NCBI GenBank assembly: GCA_043228905.1
Contig: JBHGNT010000015.1
Location: 19,468,001 to 19,532,000 of the forward strand
DNA length: 64,000 nucleotides
Direction: 5' to 3'
DNA from: Azolla caroliniana
Lineage: Eukaryota > Plantae > Polypodiophyta
The position numbers and the translations under genes were made by a program. The notes beneath the pieces are model-generated. The model had not been told where the DNA came from. It ran no database searches and was given only the letters and a program-made list of their open reading frames with translations. Shown here one piece after another: positions 25,650 to 36,369 of the stretch; the stretch's first letter is position 1, and the number at the start of each line of letters is the position of its first letter.

Positions 25650-25754
25650 CGGTTACGGAGCCGGATGACGAAGACCCCGGTTACGGAGCCGGATGACGAA
25701 GACCCCGGCTACGGAGCCGGATGCTGAAGACCCCGGTTACGGAGCCGGATGACG
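25650..25754 (+). promoter_or_regulatory. LTR U3 array of four ~28-bp repeats carrying TGACG motifs (mirrored at 30407-30511)
   Basis: cggttacggagccggatgacgaagaccc repeated at 25650, 25678, 25706 (variant) and 25734 (partial). TATA-like tataaat at ~25858. The enhancer role is inferred. Confidence 0.6.
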
Positions 25755-26264
25755 TATGTACCCGGAGAGAGAGATCCGGATGCGGGGACATATTTGTGAA
25801 TATGTTTGCCAAGGGCCCTTGAGGCTATATTTGTAAATAGCCCGAAAGTCATATATGTATAAATATGACTTAGGGCAAACGGTTTTATGTTGCTGCTCAT
25901 TTTTCTGTTTTCACTCAGAGGGAGCGAAGTGAGAGCAGCCGCGAGAGAGAGAGAGAGAGAAACGAAGAGGTCGACGCCTCTGTGTAATACCGCCGCCTGT
26001 GGCGAGGACAGCGAGCTCAAGGTCGTCGCCTTGCAGCTCGCCACTGTATATTCCAGTGTATAGTGATAGTTGGAGTTGTGCACTCCCGTGGTTTTTTCCC
26101 GTTTAGGGTTTTCCACGTTAATCCCTGTGTAATCGTGTACTTCTCTCTTTGGTTCCTATTTTTCTGCTCCATTGATCCGTGATTACTCGGTTGTGGCCGA
26201 GGGAAGAAGGTGAATCGAACCGGTGATTCCCAACAATCTGGTATCAGAGCGACTGTTGCAGAAA

Positions 26265-29200
26265 ATGGAAGGCGGCGGCAGCGGGCAACCGGGGATGATG
26301 GTGCTGAATGCACAGAATTACGCCGACTGGAAGATCAAGATGGAGGATCTTCTGATTGTTCGGGACCTGTACGAACCGATTGACAGGTCGGAAATACCGA
26401 AAGGGGTACTTGAGTCGGAATGGAGGCTTCTGAACCGGAAAGCCGTTGCAACCATTCGGCAATACGTCGACGTGAGCGTCCTACAACATGTGGCAAACGA
26501 CACCAACGCATATGAAATGTGGAAGAAGCTGTCGGGCCTCTACGAGAGGAAGAATGCGTTGAACCGGACCTCCCTGATGAGGAAGATTGTGAATCTCAAG
26601 TACCGGGACGACGAGAGTATGGTGGAACACGTAAGCACGTTCATGGGATTCGTGAATCAGCTTGCGGCGATCAAGTTCCCGTTGGAGGATGCAATGCAAG
26701 CCATCATCCTGATGTGTACATTGCCGGACAGCTGGGAGAACTTGGTGGTGACTCTCAGCACCTCCTGCGCCGAAGATAACTTGTCTCTACAAACGGTAAA
26801 GACAAGTATTTTGAACGAAGAAGCGCGTCGGAGAGATAAAGAACCGGTCTCCGACTCGAAGGCGCTGCTTACCGAATCGGATCGGGGAAGACAATGGAAC
26901 CGGAGTTCGCAAAGACGGGAGAAGTCGGGGACCCGGTCGCAGTCAAGAGGAAGGCCCACATGCTTCCACTGTGGGAAGCCGGGGCACTTCCGGAAGAATT
27001 GTCGGCATTACCGAAAGGACAACGGAGCCGACGACACCGATTCGAAGAAGTCACCGGAGAGAAACGGTGCATACCGGGGAGCCACGGACCGGAGAGGTCC
27101 GGATCGGCGAGGGCAGGACCGGAAAGGAACGACGGCACTCGCGGCAAGTGAAGAAGAGATAATGCTTATTACCGAAGAGAGGGAGCTGAACCTGGGTGTA
27201 GAGATGACCTGGGTGGTCGATTCCGGAGCGTCGTTCCACCTGACCCCGGAGAATAAATACTTCTCATCCTACACAGCCGGTGAGCACGGCTGTGTCCGGA
27301 TGGGAAATGAAGGCACATGCCGGATTGCCGGCATAGGAGACGTGTGGCTGATGACATCAACCGGATGCAAGATGCTGTTGAAGGATGTGCGACACGTTCC
27401 GGAGGTCCAATTGAACCTGATCTCGGCCGGGAGGCTAGATGATGAAGGCTACACGGGTAGCATCCGGAACGGTGTCATGAAGTTCAGCAAGGGGAGCCTG
27501 ATAGTGGCTCGGGCCCGGAAGGTCAACACACTGTACCTGATGAATGCCCGGTTATGTCCGGAAGAGCTGAATGTGGCAGCCGACACTGCCGGTGAGCTGT
27601 GGCACAAAAGACTGTGCCACATGAGTGAGAAGGGGATGAAGAGGCTTGCAGAAGACAACCTTATTCCAGTGAAGCATGTGCACCTGGAGAAGTGCACCGA
27701 CTGTCTGGCCGGTAAGCAAAACCGGACCTCCTTCCACTCAAGGCCACCGACGAGACGTAGCGCACCATTGGAGTTGGTGCACACCGATGTGTGTCAGGTA
27801 GAAACGAAGTCACATGGCGGAGCCCAGTACTTCGTAACATTCATTGATGATCACAGCCGGAAGCTGTGGACGGCCCCGTTGAAGACAAAGGACCAAGTTT
27901 TGTCCGTCTTCAAGGAACTCCACGCGAGAGTGGAAAGAGAATCCGGCAAGAAGCTGAAAGCGATACGAGCGGATAACGGAGGGGAATATCGGGGGCAGTT
28001 CCAGGAGTACTGTCGCTCGAAGGGAATCCGGCTCGAGTTTACTGTGCCGAAGACGCCGGAACTGAACGGGCTGGCCGAGAGGATGAACCGGACCATAATG
28101 GAGAGGGTCCGGAGTATGCTGGTGCATGCGAAATTACCCAAGGGGTTTTGGGCTGAGGCAATGTCGACGGCGACATACGTGATAAACAGATCACCCTCAG
28201 TACCTTTGGATGGAGACACGCCGCAGAGAGTGTGGACCGGTAAGGAAGTGTCCTACCGGCATCTGAAGGTGTTCGGGTGTCTCGCATACGTGCATGTGGC
28301 AAAGGACCGGAGAGGAAAGTTAGATCCAAAGACCCGGCCATGCATATTCCTCGGTTACGGCGACGACGAGTTCGGCTACCGAGTATGGGACCCGGTCGAC
28401 AAGAAGATATTCAGGAGTCGAGACATCATCTTCATGGAGGACGAGACACTCGCCGACTGGGAGTCGGAGAAGAAGATGAAGAGCTCAAAGTCGACCGGTG
28501 AGGATCAACTCTACGAGGAGCAGTCCCGACCGGCAAGGGACCGGTTAGCACTCGAGGATCCGGCCGAAGACGGTGAAGAAACAGAACCGGCCGAAGAAGA
28601 TGAAAATGATACCGGAACCGGCCCCGATCCCGAAATGGATTCGGATGAAGAAGAATCGGAAGAACCGGTTACCGAAGCTCTGGAACGGAGATATCCTCTA
28701 AGAGAGAGAAGGGCCCCCCAGAGATTTCCGGAACCAGAGCACGTGCTGCTAACCGACGAAGGGGAGCCGGAGAGCTTTGAAGAAGCAAAGCATGACACCC
28801 AGAGCCGCAGGTGGTTGAGTGCCATGCACGACGAGATGGATTCCCTGCATGAGAACCACACATATGAACTTGTGGAGTTGCCGAAAGGAAAGCGGGCACT
28901 TCGAAACAAGTGGGTGTTCAAGCTGAAACCGGGAGATGCCGGAAACCCCCCGAGATACAAAGCCCGGATCGTGGTGAAGGGGTTTCAGCAGAAGAAGGGC
29001 GTCGACTTCGACGAGATATTTGCCCCGGTAGTGAAGATGACCTCCATCCGGACGGTGCTGAGCATAGCGGCAAGCATGGACCTCGAGGTAGAACAGATGG
29101 ACGTGAAGACGGCATTCCTTCACGGTGACCTCGAAGAAGAGATCTACATGCAGCAACCAGAAGGATTCGAGAAGAAAGGGAAGGAGCACCTGGTATGCCG

Positions 29201-30335
29201 GTTGAAGAAGAGCCTTTACGGACTGAAGCAGGCTCCCCGGCAATGGTACCGGAAGTTCGACTCCTTCATGACCGACGAAGGGTACCTCAAAACGCAGTCT
29301 GACCACTGCGTGTTTGTGAAGAAGTTCGAAGGAGGAGACTTTCTAATACTCCTCCTGTACGTGGACGACATGTTGATCGTCGGACGAGACCAGGTCAAGA
29401 TACGGATGCTGAAGAAGGCTCTTCACCGAACCTTCTCAATGAAGGACTTGGGTCCGGCGAGACAAATACTAGGGATGCACATCATCCGGGACCGGAGCAA
29501 GAAGCAGTTGTGGCTGTCACAAGAGAAGTACGTGACAAAGGTGCTTCAACGGTTCAACATGTCGGAAGCAAGACCGGTCGGATCAACCCTACCGGCAAAC
29601 TGCAAGCTGTCCAGCAAGCAAAGTCCCAAGACAAAGGCTGAAAAGGAGGATATGATGAAAGTGCCGTATGCCTCAGCCGTCGGGAGCTTGATGTACGCCA
29701 TGGTGTGTACGAGACCGGACATAGGATATGCAGTCGGAGTGGTGAGCCGGTACATGAGCAATCCCGGCAAAGAGCATTGGAACGCGGCCAAATGGATACT
29801 CCGATACCTGAAGGGCACGGCAAACATGTGCCTCCGATTCGGCTCCGGCAAGCCCGAACTCGACGGCTTCACCGATTCGGATATGTCGGCTGATGCAGAT
29901 ACCAGCCGGTCCACATCAGGGTATGTGATGACGTATGCAGGGGGAGCTGTTTCATGGCAGTCGAGGCTGCAGAAGACGGTTGCGTTGTCAACCACGGAGG
30001 CGGAGTACATGGCGGCTGTTGAAGCCGGCAAGGAAATAATATGGATGAAGGACTTCATTAGAGAGCTCGGCATCCAACAGGAGGAGTACCGACTCTACTG
30101 CGACAGTCAGAGTGCAATCCACCTTGCGAAGAACGCGGCCTATCACTCCCGGACGAAGCACATCCAGCGTAGATACCACTGGATCCGGGAAAGGATAGAA
30201 GACAAGGAGTTCGTGCTGGCGAAGATCCACACGGACGAGAACGGCTCAGATATGCTGACCAAAGTGCTCACACCCGACAAGCTGGAAGCATGCCGGAAGA
30301 GGATCGGATTGGAGAGACATCCCATGCCGAAGTGA
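26265..30335 (+). CDS. Copia Gag-Pol polyprotein (gag, CCHC zinc knuckle, protease, integrase, RT, RNase H)
   Basis: Uninterrupted ORF. CFHCGKPGHFRKNC knuckle; WVVDSGASFH protease; LWHKRLCH..CTDC and VHTDVC/RADNGGEY/NGLAERMNRT integrase; QMDVKTAFLHG and LLLYVDDMLI RT; FTDSD, STTEAEY, CDSQSAI, SDMLTK RNase H. Confidence 0.98.
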   Translation: MEGGGSGQPGMMVLNAQNYADWKIKMEDLLIVRDLYEPIDRSEIPKGVLESEWRLLNRKAVATIRQYVDVSVLQHVANDTNAYEMWKKLSGLYERKNALNRTSLMRKIVNLKYRDDESMVEHVSTFMGFVNQLAAIKFPLEDAMQAIILMCTLPDSWENLVVTLSTSCAEDNLSLQTVKTSILNEEARRRDKEPVSDSKALLTESDRGRQWNRSSQRREKSGTRSQSRGRPTCFHCGKPGHFRKNCRHYRKDNGADDTDSKKSPERNGAYRGATDRRGPDRRGQDRKGTTALAASEEEIMLITEERELNLGVEMTWVVDSGASFHLTPENKYFSSYTAGEHGCVRMGNEGTCRIAGIGDVWLMTSTGCKMLLKDVRHVPEVQLNLISAGRLDDEGYTGSIRNGVMKFSKGSLIVARARKVNTLYLMNARLCPEELNVAADTAGELWHKRLCHMSEKGMKRLAEDNLIPVKHVHLEKCTDCLAGKQNRTSFHSRPPTRRSAPLELVHTDVCQVETKSHGGAQYFVTFIDDHSRKLWTAPLKTKDQVLSVFKELHARVERESGKKLKAIRADNGGEYRGQFQEYCRSKGIRLEFTVPKTPELNGLAERMNRTIMERVRSMLVHAKLPKGFWAEAMSTATYVINRSPSVPLDGDTPQRVWTGKEVSYRHLKVFGCLAYVHVAKDRRGKLDPKTRPCIFLGYGDDEFGYRVWDPVDKKIFRSRDIIFMEDETLADWESEKKMKSSKSTGEDQLYEEQSRPARDRLALEDPAEDGEETEPAEEDENDTGTGPDPEMDSDEEESEEPVTEALERRYPLRERRAPQRFPEPEHVLLTDEGEPESFEEAKHDTQSRRWLSAMHDEMDSLHENHTYELVELPKGKRALRNKWVFKLKPGDAGNPPRYKARIVVKGFQQKKGVDFDEIFAPVVKMTSIRTVLSIAASMDLEVEQMDVKTAFLHGDLEEEIYMQQPEGFEKKGKEHLVCRLKKSLYGLKQAPRQWYRKFDSFMTDEGYLKTQSDHCVFVKKFEGGDFLILLLYVDDMLIVGRDQVKIRMLKKALHRTFSMKDLGPARQILGMHIIRDRSKKQLWLSQEKYVTKVLQRFNMSEARPVGSTLPANCKLSSKQSPKTKAEKEDMMKVPYASAVGSLMYAMVCTRPDIGYAVGVVSRYMSNPGKEHWNAAKWILRYLKGTANMCLRFGSGKPELDGFTDSDMSADADTSRSTSGYVMTYAGGAVSWQSRLQKTVALSTTEAEYMAAVEAGKEIIWMKDFIRELGIQQEEYRLYCDSQSAIHLAKNAAYHSRTKHIQRRYHWIRERIEDKEFVLAKIHTDENGSDMLTKVLTPDKLEACRKRIGLERHPMPK

Positions 30336-32715
30336 AGGGGGAGTTTGTTGGGATTTCGGTCCCTCCGGATGGGATGTCCGGAGATGAATGACGGCAAGCC
30401 CGGTTGCGGTTACGGAGCCGGATGACGAAGACCCCGGTTACGGAGCCGGATGACGAAGACCCCGGCTACGGAGCCGGATGCTGAAGACCCCGGTTACGGA
30501 GCCGGATGACGTATGTACCCGGAGAGAGAGATCCGGATGCGGGGACATATTTGTGAATATGTTTGCCAAGGGCCCTTGAGGCTATATTTGTAAATAGCCC
30601 GAAAGTCATATATGTATAAATATGACTTAGGGCAAACAGTTTTATGTTGCTGCTCATTTTTCTGTTTTCACTCAGAGGGAGCGAAGTGAGAGCAGCCGCG
30701 AGAGAGAGAGAGAGAGAAACGAAGAGGTCGACGCCTCTGTGTAATACCGCCGCCTGTGGCGAGGACAGCGAGCTCAAGGTCGTCGCCTTGCAGCTCGCCA
30801 CTGTATATTCCAGTGTATAGTGATAGTTGGAGTTGTGCACTCCCGTGGTTTTTTCCCGTTTAGGGTTTTCCACGTTAATCCCTGTGTAATCGTGTACTTC
30901 TCTCTTTGGTTCCTATTTTTCTGCTCCATTGATCCGTGATTACTCGGTTGTGGCCGAGGGAAGAAGGTGAATCGAACCGGTGATTCCCAACAAAACCTTT
31001 GCACCCTCTTGAGTATGAAGGGGACATAGTTATTTTATATTCAGTGGCCATTTATTCACCTAAGTATACATGAGTAGTAGGGTAGGATTAAAGTTTTCTC
31101 AAGTGGTTGGTTTATGTAGCTTGAGAGTGATTTACACCCACAATCACCCAATCTCACCAACAATATGATAGACAATGATACATTTTCGTAGTACATTGAC
31201 CTTGACGCGATTCTCAAGAAGCACACTTAAATAATGAGTGGTTTCCATGAGAACATTAGTTTTATTCGTGTAGTTATGGAACAATTGACAAAAGAGTCAA
31301 TTTCCCGCCTTGTACAGCTCCTTGTCATTCAATTCTTATGAAGCATTGTTAGAGCATCATGGTTTGAATACGAGTAGTGGCATTCTGGTTCGAGTTTAAT
31401 CAACTTTTTTATTTGTCAAATAAAAAACCATTTAACAATGTGGCCACGAAAAGTGTAAGATCTGTGCGTGCATGAGTGGAACCACCAAGGTTCTGAACCA
31501 AGAGATGGTTAGGAAAAAAACGAAGAGGAATAGAATACCTTAAAAGGGACTTGTTTCACTTACAAACATAGGATTCTCGAGAGGAAAAATGGTTTAATCA
31601 TCGAGTTTCGATGGTTGTTTGTTGTCAATCTTTTTAGAACCCGCAAGGAATCTGCCTCTTCTTGGATTACCCCACATTGAATCTATCCAAACAAGATTAT
31701 TGAATGATGTTCTTTCCACTATGGGTAGGTAGATTTGGGATTTACTTCTAGATAGTTCAAGTTATGGGAGGGGTTCAAACAAATACATTAATGAAAGTAT
31801 TTCGAGATATATCTCCAATGAAGCGAATGCACCAAAGCTTTTAGAATACTCTAACTCACATGTATGGGACTCTACTAGGAAGCCCCCCAAATACACAAGC
31901 CCTACTAGGGTTGTATATAGTACCTCAAAACCATGTAAATCATGGTTACTTCGAGGATGACCATGGTTACTTTATCAAAACCACTAGCTTTGTGTCATGC
32001 ACAAAACCATGCGTTTGAGCATGTGGAAGGTTCAAATCTTGTCGTGCATAAATTTATCTCCGTGCCACGTTTGGCCTATATGTCTGTATTATTATTGTAT
32101 TCCCTACTCGGGGTGGTTTCACCATGTGTCGAAATCATCACGCCAACGAAAGGGACAAAATAATGGAATGGGTTTTACATTTCAAACCTTGTATAGATAG
32201 ATTTTATACAATTTAAATGGAGGACACGGTAGAACTAGAATCACCAATCAAAGCTTACAAGGAGCTTCCCATAAGCTCTATGCCATGTATAAGCAAAAAA
32301 GATGAGGAATAACAACGAACAAATTTTAATCTTTTCCCGTTATTTTTGTTTGTCGTTCATGTTAATTGAATTACAGTTAGTCAATCTTGATTGCTCACAT
32401 TTAATCAATTGATTTATTATTTACTTTGTCTCGTCAATAATATTGATGATCATACTAATTACATATAACATAATCCTAATTATCGATGCGCATTAATTGA
32501 TAGTTAGAGGTTGACTATTTCTTCTCCCATAAGTATAATAGTGGGATAGCTAATATAGGTATAATCAAGGAGCTTTCAAATACCTAAAAACAATCACAAT
32601 TAAAATTTCGTAAAAACTCTTTAAGGTTGACATAAAGAACCAAAACTCTTATTGTGCTAAGTCATTGTGTTGATGTTACAAGCATATACAATGAGAATGG
32701 GACTAGGTGATATGG

Positions 32716-32915
32716 GGTGGTCACCTTTCTACGAGGACAAAGCCAAAGACTATTTGTTTCTTCCCCAACTTGTACCCCATACACCCGACCTTCTTCCCCA
32801 TCATCATTGTTACACCATCTCTCTTGAACCTTGGGTGGTCACCTTTCTACGAGGACAAAGCCAAAGACTATTTGTTTCTTCCCCAACTTGTACTCCATAC
32901 ACCCAACCTTCTTCC
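32716..32915. repeat. Two-copy duplication (period ~117 bp)
   Basis: gggtggtcacctttctacgaggacaaagccaaagactatttgtttcttccccaacttgtac.ccatacaccc.accttcttccc occurs twice. Confidence 0.85.
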
Positions 32916-33386
32916 CTCTTCCCTACATTTGACTAGCTTTGGATTAATAACGTAACACTCAACAAGAGAAGTGTCTCACTTTCTATGAGGCTCTCTGTCC
33001 CATGACGCCTCACATTCTTCCCACCTCTTACATTGCCCCTCTTCAAGCTGAATCCACCCATGATGCATTGGATGGCCAACAAATTGTGACTAGAAAATGG
33101 AAGCATGCTAGCAAAGATGGGAAATAGATACAACAAAACTATGTGTACTTTGGGCTGATTACGAAGCTTTGATCTAATAAGGAAATGAACAATAGTCGAG
33201 ATGGAGGATATCGAACAAGTATAATGAGTTGATTGATGGGGTCTATCATTTTGTGATCAGGCGACAATAAAATGTCACGACCATGTGGTCACCCCTCAAT
33301 AGATTGTTATTCCCATCTGTGCAAACATTCCTGATTGTTATATGTTTTTAGCAAATGCAGGCAGATGTTATTCCCTAATGCTCCAC

Positions 33387-33499
33387 TGGTTCAGCTCTCG
33401 AGGGGAGATAAATATGGATATATAAATTGACCACAAATAAATTGGTTCAGCTCTCGAGGGGAGATAAATATGGATATATAAATTGAGCACAAATAAATT
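33387..33499. repeat. Two-copy ~55-bp tandem duplication in the WDR6 promoter
   Basis: tggttcagctctcgaggggagataaatatggatatataaattga.cacaaataaatt occurs twice. Confidence 0.85.
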
Positions 33500-33685
33500 T
33501 TTTAATGAACTGATTAGGTTTTTGGGGAGGGGTTTGAGGAGGGGCATTTACAGAGATTAAAGGAAAACTCAGGGGCATTTAGGAGGTTTGGAAAAATCTT
33601 TCCTTCAGTCTAGAAGGAGAAGAAGAGGAAGCAGAAGAAGAAGAAGAAGAAGAAGAAGAATTGGAAGAAGGAGAAGGAGATAGAT

Positions 33686-36311
33686 ATGGAGTCCGAGAAC
33701 CCATCTCTGCATATTCATAACGGTTCCTACAAGGGAGATATTTCCGCTCTTTGCATCCTCGAAGCTCCATGGAGCTCTCCTTTTCCTCTCCTCTTAGCAG
33801 GTTAGTCTATCCCACTCTCCCTCTCGGAAATAGAGATGAATCCATCTCACAATTGCCGAAATAACACATACAATTGAAAAAAACGGGATGAATGAAACAT
33901 TGCACAAATAATGAATACAATCGAGAAAAAGAGGATGAATTGACCGTATCATTTCTCAAATAGCAACCCATATTATGCTCCTTGGGTGGTTTACCAAATG
34001 CATTTGAGGAAATCACGAAAATATAGCGCTATTTAGGGACAATGAAGAAACATTCACGGGTTTTTCCCTCCATATTTTACACCATTCATGAAGGATTTTA
34101 TATGATTTATGTTGTAGATGTGCTCCAGTTTCAACATATTCATGTGCACATATATGTTCATATAAATTTTCCTAAAAAATTGGAATATATGTGTTAAGAA
34201 GTTAAAATGATGGAATGTATGTGTTATGATGTTAGAGTGATTGAATGTATGTGCTATGAAGTTAGAATGACTGAATGTATGCGTGAAGAAGTTAGAACAG
34301 TTGAATGTACGTGTTAAAAAGTTAGGACAGTGGGATGTAAGTGGTAAGAAGTTAGAACAGTGGAATGTATGTATCAAAAGTTAGGACAGTGGAATGTAAG
34401 TGTTAAGAAGTTAGGACAGTTGCATTGATGCGTTGAAAAGTTTGAATAATAGAATTGGTGTTGATAAAAGTTAGAACAGTCGAATGGGTTAATTAAGAAG
34501 TTTGGGCAATGGCATAGGTGTGTGAGAAGTTTATTACGAAAAACAAGTTACAACAATATAATAGACATGTTAGAACAATGGAATGGATGTGTTAACAAGC
34601 TAGCTCAATTAAAAACAGAGGTGTTAAACCTTAAGAAGATTGGAATTCAAAAGTTAGAACAATGAATATACGTGTCAAAGAAGTCCATTTCATGAAATCG
34701 AGACAGATTACAGATTATCAGCCACACTCATTATAGTGTCATAAGGAAACCCATGATACACATAAATATGTTGCAAGAAGATTTATGGGGACCTTTCTGT
34801 AATGGCTATCTTGTTAGCCGCAATGATTTGTGCAAACTTCATAACTTGAGGCAGAAGATTATGAATGAAATCTGTTGAGGCTGATTGGCAAATTTCATTC
34901 ATGAAGTTCTCGAATCAAAGATAACTGAAAATGTTTTTTATGGTAATCTTGTTGACGACTCAATAATCCATGCATATTTGACGAGAACCATATTTTTTCT
35001 AGACGACAATTCACCTTGAGTGAAACCTATAAATGGGACCAAAATGGTAGTTGTACACCTTCTTGGGTCTTGATTCTACAATTATGGGCAATATTCTGGA
35101 ACCATATGCACATTCCTAATTTGAAAGACACAGATACTAAAGGATCATTATAAGAACAATAAAGATGTGAATAGTAGTTTTCAAGCCATCTCAAATATCA
35201 TATTATATCTAAGCTCATAATAATCATTGTGAATGCTATGTTTGTGGGGAGTCACTACAATTGATGGCCACAATAAGCTCACAAAGGGTCTTGCACATCT
35301 AGGTCATAGAGGTACATGTTTGATATATAAAATCACCCCATGTCTCATTTATAAGTTCAAATTCTAGAAGTTATTGCTAGGAAACTGCCAAAAGGATACA
35401 TTATGTTGTTTGGTACCTACTATATAGGGCATGTTGCTCCATATTTTGCCAATATTTCCGGTTTTCAAAAGTGTAGAATTCTTACTGCAATGTCTAGCTA
35501 GAGGTTGCATACTAGATTTGAATGATATACAAAAACTTGACATAACTGGTTGCAAACCAGTTACTTTCCATGATATTGCCAACTCCTTTAATCCAGACAT
35601 AAGGATCATACATACAAGATGCTGCAACATTCGCAAGTTTTATATTGAGCCCAAAATAGATAGAAAAATGAAATAGTTCCTCTTTCATGTAAAGCTGTGA
35701 CACTGCTGTAACGTAAATGACATACAAAGATATCAATTTTCTATAAGAATCTAAATGCCTTGGAAAGCATATTTTGAGTTATATGAATGTCATATTTTGT
35801 CAAACTGTTATTTTATTATCAATAACTAGCCTCTATATCCAAGATTAATGCTTAACATCTGGTATGTGTGATTTATTCAGGTACCGGTCCGCAGCTTCTT
35901 GTATTTGATATGAGCTCATATGAGCTACTGCTGTCTTCATGCGTATTTGAAGGTGTTAGAATGCATGGTATTGGAGTGTGCAGCTCCACATTGGGTCCTT
36001 GGGAGTGCTTGGAAAAATCAGGTATTTGTACGGTAATTGCTGTTCATGGAGAGCGAACGGTGAAACTGTTTAAACTAATAATTCAAGAAAAGCTGGTGGA
36101 GGGCCAACAAAGTATTGATCACGCAAAGCTAATAACATATCAAAAGCTCCCTCGGTTCAGCCATTGGGTTCTCGATGTTCAGTTTTTAAAGGTTTAATCA
36201 TGCCTGTTGGCTCTTTAAATCTCGTACGCAGTTTTCTCTTCATATTTATGCTTCTATTCCAATTAAATTTTTTTTCTTTTATCTCTAATTTGAGCAGAAA
36301 CCTTGATAAAC

Positions 36312-36369
<58 letters not shown>

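Larger units (their letters stand above)
25589..30992 (+). mobile_element. Full-length intact Ty1/copia LTR retrotransposon (Tnt1/Tork-like)
   Basis: 647-bp LTRs at 25589-26235 and 30346-30992, TG...CA, with tgttggga/tcccaaca termini. 5-bp TSD aaacc (25584-25588 and 30993-30997). PBS tggtatcagagc (26239-26250, initiator tRNA-Met). PPT gaagggggag (30334-30343). Confidence 0.99.
24550..32000 (+). mobile_element. Possible heavily decayed Ty3/gypsy relic interrupted by the young copia element
   Basis: Only fragmentary motifs: LDFRLG (~24866, resembling RT LDLRSGY) left of the copia; VVMEQLTK (~31270, resembling integrase VVVDRLTK) and HHGL right of it. Many stops and frameshifts; boundaries unclear. 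Confidence 0.3.

Noticed and set aside
25709-26116. 135-aa antisense ORF present twice (also 30466-30873)
   Set aside because: It lies inside the LTRs, so the duplication is trivial, and it has no recognisable domain.
26244-30397. Numerous antisense and alternate-frame ORFs over gag-pol
   Set aside because: Expected shadow ORFs in GC-rich coding sequence.
35364-35736. Short overlapping ORFs in WDR6 intron 1
   Set aside because: No recognisable motifs. They could be a decayed TE or pseudogene fragment, but I cannot support a call.
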